The position numbers and the translations under genes are program-made. Under the pieces are notes generated by a model that saw only the letters and a list, made by a program, of their open reading frames with translations, ran no database searches and was not told where the DNA came from. 64,000 nucleotides of DNA, taken from Marsupella aquatica (taxonomy: Eukaryota > Plantae > Marchantiophyta). Within the stretch, counting starts at the first letter, position 1. The number at the start of each line of letters is the position of its first letter. Positions 27,362 to 37,800 of the stretch are shown here, in pieces. The stretch lies in the NCBI GenBank assembly GCA_973895155.1, contig OZ316897.1, forward strand, positions 21,551,455 to 21,615,454, read 5' to 3'.

Positions 27362-28839
27362 GTGGACATGCGTGCTCCAGTGGAAAGGCACTGGAAGATT
27401 GAGGAGGGAATGGAACTACGGGATGATGGGTTGTACTTTGCATGCATCAAGTGCACCCTCCCTCATGACGAATTGACTTGGTTGCTGATGTTGCGTAACC
27501 AAGACCTGACATTCTACCCCATGGAGTCACCACAGGCACTCACATTGGAAGGGTTGGCCATGTACGTGAAAGAGGCCACCTCTGTGGTGCACATTTCCCT
27601 TGCATCCTTCAAGGACCCAATGCTCAGGGGTCTTGTTGGGAAGGTCCATCAATGAATACTCAGTCGGGTGCAATCAGGTATAATTATAGGGGAACACTTG
27701 GCCATTGCATTCGATATCAAGCAGCACCTTAAGCACACATACGGATCCCAAAGGCCACAAGCCTGGGGGGCTCATCCATTTTCTTGGGTCATTTCTCTTG
27801 AACAGGATGGAGGGACTCATCCCAGTTCCCGAACCAGAGGAAGGAGTATTGCCCTCCTTCCCCACAGTATTACAAAAGATTACCACCACCATCGTGCAAA
27901 ATTTGATCACGGATTCCACCAAGGAGCTGGCCACTAAGTCCATGGCGGAGGGGGCACCGGACAAAGAAGAGGATATGGATGAAGAGTTTACCATGCAGTC
28001 ATTGGAGTCCTTGATTGGTGATCCCGAGGAGCCCATTGTGTATGACATTCCAGAGGTATACTTGGCGGAATTGCAAGAGTACCATGATGCTATTAACGAG
28101 GGTTGGCAATTGTGCAAGGCCATGAAGGGGGCTCTGAGTAGGGCCAATGCTAAGGTGGCAACCTTGCAAGTCGGGCACAAGGCGCTGAAGGAGGTCATAC
28201 TGTCCAAGGAGGAGACTATTCAAGAGAGGAGTAGGTTGTTGAAGCAAGCCTATGACCAGGTTGGCCACTTGCAAGGAGCCCTGTCCACCAAGGCCAAGGA
28301 AGCCAAGGAAGTAGTTGCTTTGAGAAAGGAGCTGGTAACAATGAAGCAAGCCGAAAAGGGTGTGGATACCCTCAAAAAGTAGATTTCAGAGTTGTGTGAC
28401 CAGGTGAGTGCTTATGAGACAAGGGCCAAGAGAGCCGACGCCCTGAGTCTTGCGAAGAGGAAGAAGCCCTGTCCACCCGGTGTTACTCCCGTTGCTTCTC
28501 CAGATATGTTGGCCAAGGCCATTGATGCAGTGGTCATCAAAGTAACCAAGACTTACGGGCCAATGTTGGAAGCGGCCAAGAAGGACAAGGAGAAGTGCAA
28601 AAGCCTAGAGAGTAAGTTGAAGTCAACTCGCAAAGCACTACGGAAGGCAACGTCTGGCCAGGGACCCACTGGTATTTTACACTGTCTCCAACAATTACCA
28701 CTACCACCGTGTCATGCAGGATGAGAATGACTCCATCTGGCCAGAGGACATGATAGATTGCTTTGGAGTGGACAAGGAGGACATCACATCTTTGGGTGGA
28801 TCTGACGACCTAGATGTTTTAGTTGCTCTAGGGATTCAG
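27362..28839 (+). pseudogene. Disrupted coiled-coil-rich ORF upstream of, and possibly spliced to, the Kolobok-like transposase
   Basis: ORF pieces 27362-27655, 27705-28382, 28392-28724 and 28714-28839. An in-frame TAG at 28380 is followed by continued coding-like sequence (ISELCDQVSAYE). The region is K/E/L heptad-rich and ends at donor CAG|GTATGC (~28839), with acceptor TTGTAG at ~28928. Confidence 0.5.
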
Positions 28840-28928
28840 GTATGCCATGCCTCAAAATTCCATCCCATTTTGTATTGTAAATGTCAAAATGTTGACTTGT
28901 AACTGATCCACTTCTTCCTTGGTTGTAG

Positions 28929-31014
28929 ACCTCAACCTCGGACTTTCATGTTCATGATGATGCACCATCCATCATTGAGGACTCTCAACCTTTACCAACT
29001 CAGGTCATGGATTCTCAAAGGGATGTAGTATTAGATTCTCAGCCTCCAATTGTCCCTCCTTCTGATGCAGATACTATTAGGACTAGATAATTTGCACCTC
29101 GTGTTCCTGCTAGAGTAGGGTTTTTGGAGCGGCATTTGATACATACTTTTGTAGACCAACTACTTCCTACATGCCATATATCGGGATGTCCTCTTACTCC
29201 TCGAGTAGAGCATATCCATGAGTTGCAGCAGCTATGGTCCATTTGGATTAGTCGTTGTGGTCAGGAAGGTCATGGGTGGACTTCCTTACTGGTGAGATGG
29301 AGCTAGGGAGGGGCACACCCATGATTACACCTATGTTATATCACTCCACGTTGTGCACCGGCTTGACATATACGGCATTGGCCTCAGACGCTTCACATTT
29401 AGGATTACATGCTCCTAGTCCACATCATTGGCATGATTTCCAAACTAGCCATGGACGATTTAGAGGAGGATGGATTGCGGCAGTGAAGGACCAGTGGGAG
29501 GCAGAGAAAAGGGCGTTGTGGCAAGTGTTGAACGATGGTCTACAACATAGGCGTGACCACGATCCCCATGAAGCAGGTTAGAGACAAGTTCATGGAAAAA
29601 CTTGAGTGTTGATTGTCATTATTTACTTAGGCAATATTATTTACTAAAGCAATATTATCTTGTGGGTTTTTACAGATCCAGGTCTAGTTGTGTATCTAGA
29701 TTGCAGATGGGACTCATCCAGGAGTGGTTATCATGACACTGTTTCCATCATCAATAATTATAGAGGATAATAGAGTCATAGAAATGGTAACTACTACTAG
29801 AAGGGAGGAGGCCAATTCATGGTACCATGAGGAGAGGGGAACCAGAAAGGCATTGGAGAGACTTTGAGATAACGGGATTGTGATCAAGGAGGCCATGCAT
29901 GACGATAATAGGATAGTGGATACCATTATTGATGACTTGGGGATCAAGAATCAGAAAGATATGTGGCACAAGGCCAAAAATTTGTGCAAAAAATTTGTAG
30001 CCACCTTTCTTATCAATGTGGATATTGATCTTGCCACAACCAGGTCTGAATTGACAACTGCCACTTGCAAGAATTTGCAAGATTGATTGAAAGCTCGCAA
30101 TGAGTACACGGGTTGCTCCAACTTGAGGAAGGATGCCTTAGTCCATAAGGTGGCAGATATTAGAGGATTGCCAATGGAGACATTGGTCCTTGTAGTGACT
30201 CGTGGATTGAAACATCTAGAGCTTGTGCAGCACAACATGTCAACCAAGTTGAAAACTTGGTTTTATGTTTGTTGTCGTCGTTGTAAAAATACGTAAGTAT
30301 ATTATACTTTTTTTCATTTGTATCGGATTATTTGTCAAGTAATATTTCACAAGGTTGTTGTCTTCTATGTTTAGTGTAGCAAAGGAAATATGGTCAATAT
30401 ATTTATTTATAGACGCTATTTTGTTGTGCAGAGGAGGGAATAGTGAGTCATTGGCCTATGAGCTAAGCAATTGTGCAGATCATTGGGCTGGTGTTCATAC
30501 AAAATGTCTAACATTGCCTAATCGACCATGCCATCACATTCATGAGGAGGGAGCTGCACAACTAGACTTATATTACAAGAGAGGTAAGAATGTAAATTGT
30601 AGGTTGTCTGTGAGTTGGTATTTTTCTGCGAATATTGACTAATAGCCACATAATTTGTTATGTATTACAGATTTGCCGACTCATGTTGCCATGAAGAATT
30701 TCATGTCAAAGTATATAAAGCCAACAAAGATGTCATTTTATACTATGGCTAGAGAAAATTTCATGTCAAAAACTTTCCATTCGGTGATGGGAAAATATGC
30801 CACAAAATGCATTCACTTTCCAGCATCTCACAAAGCACGATTATTTTGTGTTGGACTGGATTGGAATGAAAACATTCGGCGCCTTGTTTGGAAAGTGTAC
30901 AAGCGTGTGCCTGTCAACACTGTCGTTAGAGATAGGCATGCTTGGACTCGGGTCATGGTGGCACGGACCACTACTTGGAAGGACCAAATATCTGGACGTA
31001 TCTATGGAGTTTGA
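28929..31014 (+). pseudogene. Kolobok-type DDE transposase pseudogene, intron-containing
   Basis: Conceptual translation across frameshifts and introns (~29578-29675, ~30293-30432, ~30584-30670) gives a C..C/C..H Zn region (LLPTCHISGCPL..RCGQEGH), WIAAVKDQWEAEK, first Asp VVYLDCRWDSSRSGYH (~29699), EANSWYHEERGTRKAL, second Asp EAMHDDN, KDMWHKAK, and NFMSKTFHSVMGKYATKCIHF..RLFCVGLDWNEN (catalytic E appears mutated to K). These parallel the D.R.DSPG / S..ME.EG / TDRH / DVWH / TS..E.FH..HYNEN motifs of animal Kolobok transposases. Premature stops are present. Confidence 0.75.
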
Positions 31015-31620
31015 TATGAGGTGATGAAATATCTTATTTCTTAGCTAAGTTTGTGTATTACTGGAGTAATGTACTTGGTGATGGAATTATTTTCAAGTAG
31101 TCCAATATGTAATGTGCTAATTTGTTGTTGTGGTTGTCATGTGTATCATGCACACAGATATTGAAGATGATTGAAAACACTTCATAGGGACCATCCCACT
31201 TTGGGAGACATTTTGCCTAGCCAATTATTTTCTGTAGTACTTTGACCTACCTTAGTTACTTTTTGCCACAGTTTGGACTTATTGTAGGGTGACTTCAACT
31301 CATATTCACCTATATATGTACTTGGTAAATGACTTTTAGTACACTTTCATTTTGTTCCATTTGCACGATTTCTTGTCGGGTTATTGAAGACGTCTTAGAA
31401 GGTTTTATCTCTTTCATAATTTATTGGGTTTTATTGTTAACATAATTTTTTTTGGTAATGTTCAATGATCATATCTTTTTTAATTGTTGTTTTCTTCCTT
31501 CTTCCTTTTGGAGATGGAACTTGAAGGCTTTTACTGGCCAGCCAACTTGAGAATTTCAAAAAGCTATTTTTTATAGATAGGTATAAGTCCTGACAAAATG
31601 AGGGTATAAGGGTGCCTCGA

Positions 31621-32127
31621 TCAACCTACATTGGAGACCATGTTGCCTTGTACACACAAGATGGTCATGCTACTTAATATATACTTTTGAGCTATAAGAT
31701 TGCTCCATGCCACCGTACATGCCTGTGCAGAACATCTAATTTTCACATAGCCTACAAATTGTTCCCCCTCGTCATGCCAAGCCTCCTTGATGGCTTCCTC
31801 CACAAGTGCAGGTAGTCGGGTTCTCTCACCAAACCCACACGCCCAAGCCAAATGGGTGTAGACCTGAAACCTTTTTTTCTTGTTCACACTTTCCGTGAGA
31901 CTATAAGCAGCACACATCTGAAGATCCTCAAGTGGCATCGCTGGGTTCAACAACTCGTGACAATCTGCAATTGCCTTGAATAGTAAAGGCTGATCAAACT
32001 CAACCTCCAACAAGCAAGTCCATTGAGACAATTGAGTAGAACCATCGCTCCAGCTCAATAGATATGTCCCAAGGTCACGATCAATCAACGTCAAGGTGGC
32101 GGTGCTTCTTGGCAAATTATTGGCCAT
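31621..32127 (-). CDS. KolX-like protein copy 1 (P2X7 cytoplasmic-ballast-like C-terminal motif); open frame
   Basis: ATG at 32127. NKKKRFQVYTHLAWACGFGERTRLPALVEEAIKEAWHDEGEQFVGY parallels N..YR..AY..F..W..G.LG...R..IP.CV...IR..FP...G.Y.GF of KolX/P2X7 ballast. Confidence 0.65.
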   Translation of the reverse strand: MANNLPRSTATLTLIDRDLGTYLLSWSDGSTQLSQWTCLLEVEFDQPLLFKAIADCHELLNPAMPLEDLQMCAAYSLTESVNKKKRFQVYTHLAWACGFGERTRLPALVEEAIKEAWHDEGEQFVGYVKIRCSAQACTVAWSNLIAQKYILSSMTILCVQGNMVSNVG

Positions 32128-32254
32128 TCTACAAAACAAAAGACATACAAATATGGTAAATGAGTACACAATAACCATATAAAATGATGTGATATAATAT
32201 TCAGATGGACATTGAGGTTAGGGATGTTTATTGCTACAATGGGGTCTCCCTATA

Positions 32255-32644
32255 AATATCTAAGAGTGAATCCCCCAAAAGCTTCTTCTCTCATTGCCAA
32301 GTATTTCATATAGCCTCTTCTAAAGTATCCGGGAGCCTTCCTCTTGCACCCAAGTGACAAGCCTGAGCCACATAACTGTGAACTAATGCTCTCTTTTGAT
32401 GTGGTTCTTTTGCACACCAACTATACGCAGCCATCCGTAAGTATTCCTCAACACATATTATGGGGTTCAGGAGGTGGTGGCAATCCCGCACAACATTGCA
32501 AAACTCAGGAAAATTTGATTCAATGTCAGTCGTGGAAAAAAATTGATGTCCATTGGTGTTCATTGGGTGTTCCACCCACGTCACAATGTATGTGCCATTG
32601 TCAAGCATGTCTAGGGTGATGGCTTGCCTATTTTTACCTTCCAT
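32255..32644 (-). pseudogene. KolX-like protein copy 2, disrupted near the C-terminus
   Basis: MEGKNRQAITLDMLDNGTYIVTW..FPEFCNVVRDCHHLLNP..EEYLRMAAYS..QKRALVHSYVAQACHLGARGRLPDTLEEAI*NTWQ*..(frameshift)EAFGGF; collinear with copy 1. Confidence 0.65.
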
Positions 32645-32859
32645 ATATGCAGAGAAAATTATAGTAAGAATTATGAACCAGCTCAAAACCACATTGTCAT
32701 GTATATTCATAGAACTACAAAGTTAACACCAACATTGACCAATGCATGATGGATTTAGCCATGAAGTCTACATTATAGCAAAGCAACAAGTGATCATAAA
32801 AAAATTTTAAGTAACAAAATAGAATGCTACTTCAAATAACAGCAAAATCTCTAGTGGCC

Positions 32860-33249
32860 TAGTTTCTATTATTTTTCTTCACCCTCCCCGGGCCAAGTGG
32901 CAAGTATGACATCTTTCATGGGTCGGGGTAGGGTGTGTTTACTAGTCGATCCACAAACTGGGGCCAAGTGTGTAGACACTTGGAATCTCTTCCGACGCAT
33001 CAATCTCTCACAATAACTAAATGCAGCACATATCCAAAGGTCCTCCAAGGGAGCTATGAAACTCAGGGCAGTATGGTAGAACTAGATAACATTGCAAAAC
33101 TCAGGGAAATCTGACTGAATTTCTGCTAAGGTGGTTGTGCGCTCGATGAGGGGGGCATTAGAGGGAGCATTTAGCTCCCGCCAGCTCAAATGGTAAGACC
33201 CATGATTCAGGTCAATCATATTGACACGTACACCTCGCTTTGGATCCAT
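32860..33249 (-). pseudogene. KolX-like protein copy 3 with an internal stop; absent from the ORF track
   Basis: Hand translation from ATG 33249: MDPKRGVRVNMIDLNHGSYHLSW..FPEFCNVI*FYHTALSFIAPLEDLWICAAFSYCERLMRRKRFQVSTHLAPVCG..TLPRPMKDVILATWPGEGEE. Confidence 0.65.
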
Positions 33250-34724
33250 GTCGCTGCATTAGAACCAACAGTCATATCTGTATGTTCATATGTTAGACAT
33301 TGAGAAAAAAAATTAAAAGAGCCAAATAACTTTGACTTGAAATGCCTCCAAGACGGGAATATATGTGCATTCGTCTGTTAGTCATAGAGAGATTTTGACC
33401 AAAAATACTTGGGGCTGTAAGTGTGTTCATGAAATAACAAAACTTACTAATGAATAGGATAAACTTGAAGGTTTTTTTACAACTATTTGAAGGGGTCTAC
33501 ATTATGATGTGTTATTTGGTAAATGAATGACAATTAGTAAGTTAGAGATCATATAGTATGGACATAGTTACAGAAGGGTTGTAGAATTATAGACCCAATT
33601 ATTTGGAGGGTTGTCCAAGAGGGGTCTATATGTGTTCACCCTGACAACATGAAAAAACAAGTAAGTCGGATAAAAACAAGTAAGTCGGACAGATATATTT
33701 TCTCACATTCAGCTTAGTGGGGATGTATACTAAAGAGATATAGACCAATTGGTATGAAGGACCCAATTGAGGTGAAACTTTGGGAGAGGTCAACCGGTAC
33801 TATAAGCCTATGTGCCAACCTTCAAAATTGACAGAATGAGTGATTATATGATGGTTGGCAGGGAGAAGCATCCTACCTTGACTGTCCTGTAGCGTTGTAA
33901 CTGCAGGATTTGTTCATGAGGTTTTTTCATATTCGGCACTAGCTTATTTCCGCAAAAGACAAATAGGTTAGTGCACTCTTTTTGAAGCTCAAGAAGGTCA
34001 GAGCTGTCTAGCTGGGCCGTGTAAAGCCAAGAAGAAAAGGCCGAGACACAAAGCTAGCTCGCAACATATACGAAGCTTTGCTCCGGGCTGTGGAAAGCAA
34101 CGCTCGACTTGTTCTAGAGAAATTGCTTCTTTCCCCGGATATTGATATCTCGTTGCAATCACTGGACAAATATCCAAAGCGTGTGATTGGTAGTCGGGAC
34201 GAGACTGTTTGGAAGAATACATTCCAAAATATAGATTCTCACCTTTTGCGGTTTGTCCCTGATCCAACAAAATTGGGAGAAAGTAATCCCAGACGTTCAT
34301 GCATGACCAGTCAGAGGAAAATGATGGGGCAGAGGGAAGAGCTTCAGAGAAAGAGGGTCGGAGAGGAGATGAAAATCAAAGCAAATGATCATGTCAGTAA
34401 TGGCAAAAATAATGGCGGCTCTACAATGTGCATGGGCCCTTCAAGCCAGAAGACTTTGTTCTCTCCCAACACGAAGAAGACCAGCAAGCTCGGAAAAAAA
34501 GGCACAATTTTGGTAGATTCATTTGTCTGTACGTAGTTTGTCTTCCCTCACTCCACACCCTCCTCAATTGGATCAGGTCATGCGAGGCAGCTATAGTCCT
34601 CATACCAGATAAAACTATTCAACTCACCCACCAAAGAATAATCTCCAAAGGCGGAAGTGCCGGATTCATGATGGCCAAGAAGAATCTCAGTTATTCACTG
34701 CAATCGAAACAGCCCCTTGGTCCA

Positions 34725-34820
34725 GGCCAAAAGTTTCTAACGAGCATTGAAAGTTGAGCTGGTGAGGGCCTACCTCAAGGCCAAAAGTTTCTAACGAGCA
34801 TGCAAAGTTGAGCTGGTGAG
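34725..34820. repeat. Short direct duplication of ~42 bp
   Basis: GGCCAAAAGTTTCTAACGAGCAT..AAAGTTGAGCTGGTGAG occurs twice. Confidence 0.85.
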
Positions 34821-35875
34821 TAAATTGAACACCCACGATGGTCTCCAACCTTTCTATTCAATTTCAAGAAAGTTGTGTAACTTTGCGCCTAGCAAGAAGA
34901 AAGCAAGCATCATGGAAAGCTACGCAGTGAGCTTTCTTTTCTGGCTCCGGCCCTCATCGGAAGCCTTCTTATCCTGCTAATGTCTTTCCTTTGGATCAAA
35001 AAACTGAACGCAAAATACTCTAGAAAAAGAAAATCTAGGAAAAGCTAGAGTACTTTGAGCAACGGCGGCAGAGTTCGGGCCCCACATTGAAGAATACTTT
35101 GTGAGTACAAAGCAAAGGTGAAAGACCCCAAATAGCTAATCCTGAATCAGAGAGTGGCAACTGCAAGTTACCTGTAGAACAATGTTGACAAGCAGCGATG
35201 AAGGACCTTCCCTTGTGCAACTGATCCCGTCTAGTAAAATGTGACAATGCATACACAGCAAACAAAACATCATCGAGCACACAGAGATAACGAGAACACA
35301 CAGAGGAGACGAGTTGCTTTATACTTCACCTTTCTCTGTAGGGAACAAACGCCCTATCCAACAATCCACATAGATTGTATCGAGAGCGGACCAAAATAGA
35401 GAGCAGTCGCAAATCACAGACAATGCACACAGATCATATCGAGATATGGAACCAGACGATCAAGATGGAAGAGCGATCACGTCTTGCCTGGCCGCATGGA
35501 ATAAGGACGACCACTATAGATCAATTCTGGTATTCATGTGAGGCCGAAGGGACACGATGGAGGATGGCTGCCAAAGAGACCCGATGGAGGTGATGTGTGC
35601 CATTTGGTGGAGCCGGCTTCGCGCAAGCTCGAAGGGACAAGTTGCATAATTTTCTGTACATTTGTTTCAATCCTTTGGTTTCTTCACGATGGGATTGACA
35701 TTGTTTCCTGACAAGAGTGAGGACTTGTCGTGAAGGAGGACAACTGTTGTCGGCCAGGGCAGTCAACTTTGGGCAGAGAGGACGGGCCTGCGGGCAGATA
35801 CGGAGATACATACGGAGACAACAATAATGATTGCCGGATAGTCTCAGTGGCCTTTTATACTGGGAGTTGTGGTTT

Positions 35876-36220
35876 AATGAGGAAAACCCTATAACTGGGA
35901 TCAACTCAAGGAAAGATTTGATCACACAAAGACCATACACCTACCTAGAGCATGTCATGACTGGGTCAACCTCAGTGTCCAAGACCATATGTCTATAGTG
36001 AACTATAACAGCGAGCTATTCCGCATCACATCCCACTTGGCCCTATGCGGCAAACGTGTCAATGACAAAGAAAAGATAGAAAAGACACTATCTACCTCCA
36101 CTCGAGCAACATCATACTGTTGGCACAATATAGAAACATAAATTTCACAAAATATTTTGAACTTATAGTTCATATGTTACTAGCAGAAAGGCATCAGGAG
36201 TTATTATTGAAAAACTCACG
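35876..36220 (+). mobile_element. Ty1/copia (Bianca-like) gag fragment, C-terminal part
   Basis: NEENP..WDQLKERFDHTKTIHLPRACHDWVNLSVQD..NYNSELFRITSHLALCGKRVNDKEKIEKTLST, the characteristic Bianca gag motif. Confidence 0.8.
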
Positions 36221-36859
36221 TTGTACCTATTTACCCACATCAATATAACACCCCAGGATGAAGTTGGGGAAGTAATTGCAAATTGTATTGAACACAAACA
36301 TGTTTTTAGTTAAATAAATAGATTGCATCCTATTTTTTCATGAATGAGTTTAATTAAGTATAATTAACCTAAATTGATTCAAAAATTAATTTTTTATGAT
36401 CTCATGGACAAAAACTATTTTATAAGTTTTATATTTCATTTTTAACTATTTGAATGATCAATGCTTGGACCCTTGCATGGTTAGTTTTGATTTGGAAAAC
36501 ATATTAATATTACCATATTTTTAATAATTATAATAAAAAATAATATACAAATGAAGAAAAACTTGTCCAAATTGGGTTTGAAACAAGGTTTAAAAAATAA
36601 ACTAAACTTAGATTGTTTATATTCTAGAATAATTTTTTTTGTAAATAAATCTTAATAAATATAGTAGCACTCAACAACATTTCAGTTGGGTAATACTCAA
36701 TCAAAATAATATTAATTTGTGTGAAGTCTTTAATATGAAATGAGACTCCCTATCAAACATGAGAGAAATACAATGGTGCATACTCAATCAAACTTATTTC
36801 ATACAAACTAAAAATCTTCAATTCATAACTTGTTTGACAATAACTTTAATTTCATGCAT

Positions 36860-37800
36860 GCAACGTTATCAAAAACCTGATATGTGAAATAAACCCTAAA
36901 CCCTCTTCAACTGCAAACCTTAACAAAGTGTGCACGTATCCAATGAATTTAATAATACAGGAGCTAAGTGAAAATATTTGATTGCAAACCTTAACAAAGT
37001 GCACTTTCATTTACAAAGAAAAATGTGCACATATCCAGGGAACATAACAAGACCTATAAGAGCACAATTTGAAGCACAATCCAGCAAACACAACTTGCAT
37101 GCTACTCATAAAACCAATATTTCTATGCATATGCAAAATGTATTTTCCAATCTAAATATATAACCTATAGTATATTTATATATTGTTGTTAATCGCTTAG
37201 AAATGACTAACTTAAATTAGCTTTAGTTTCCAAAACTAGCATTAGATAGTAGCAACTTCCTCGCATGGTCTTTTGACCTATGTGCCACCCTAATTGCTAA
37301 ATCCTTAGTTACTACCACTTACTAATGGTTTTCAACTTTCAACCACTTACTCCAGCAGAAGAAACACAAACACTTGTATTTATCCGTGATCACCTATATG
37401 TTTTTATAAATGCAATATATTCCTACACCTTACCTTCCCATGAAAGCTTGGCAAGCTCTCCAAACAAGTTTTGATCACCAAAAGTTGACGATACTTCCAA
37501 AAATATGCCAATAGTGGTTTAACCTCTTGGTACAAGACTTTCTTACAGTAGCATGCTATAACAATGCGTTGTTTAAAATAACTTCAACTATTACTTTGTG
37601 AGAAGAGCCAATTATTGATACTGACCTCTTGGAGAAAATTCTCTCCACATTTCACTAAATTTCATACTTACAACCCAATACCGTAATAATACTCCAAATT
37701 AATTTATCATCTCTTGGTTGTTGGAAAGCAACAAGAACTCTTACTATAAAATTCTAAACAGCGCTTCCGAGGCACTTTACCTATCCCACAACAACCATCA
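36860..37800 (+). mobile_element. Degenerate Bianca-like copia 5' region (PBS remnant, leader, gag)
   Basis: PBS-like CAACGTTATCAAAA at ~36861. Gag from ~37203: MTNLN*L*FP..DSSNFLAWSFDL..WQALQTSFDHQKLTILP..WFNLLVQDF..YNNALFKITS..LLEKILSTF, with stops and frameshifts. Confidence 0.7.

Larger units (their letters stand above)
25712..33800. mobile_element. Decayed Kolobok-like DNA transposon (DDE transposase convergent with KolX-like genes); boundaries approximate
   Basis: The transposase motifs on + and the KolX/P2X7-ballast-like ORFs on - are tail-to-tail, the canonical Kolobok layout. Candidate left end TTAA|GGGGTAGTAGTGACAC at 25708-25727. No matching right end was found. Confidence 0.7.

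Noticed and set aside
33900-35870. ORFs 34078-34536 and 34428-34757 as a gene or LINE ORF1
   Set aside because: No recognisable domain or consistent splice structure; left unannotated.
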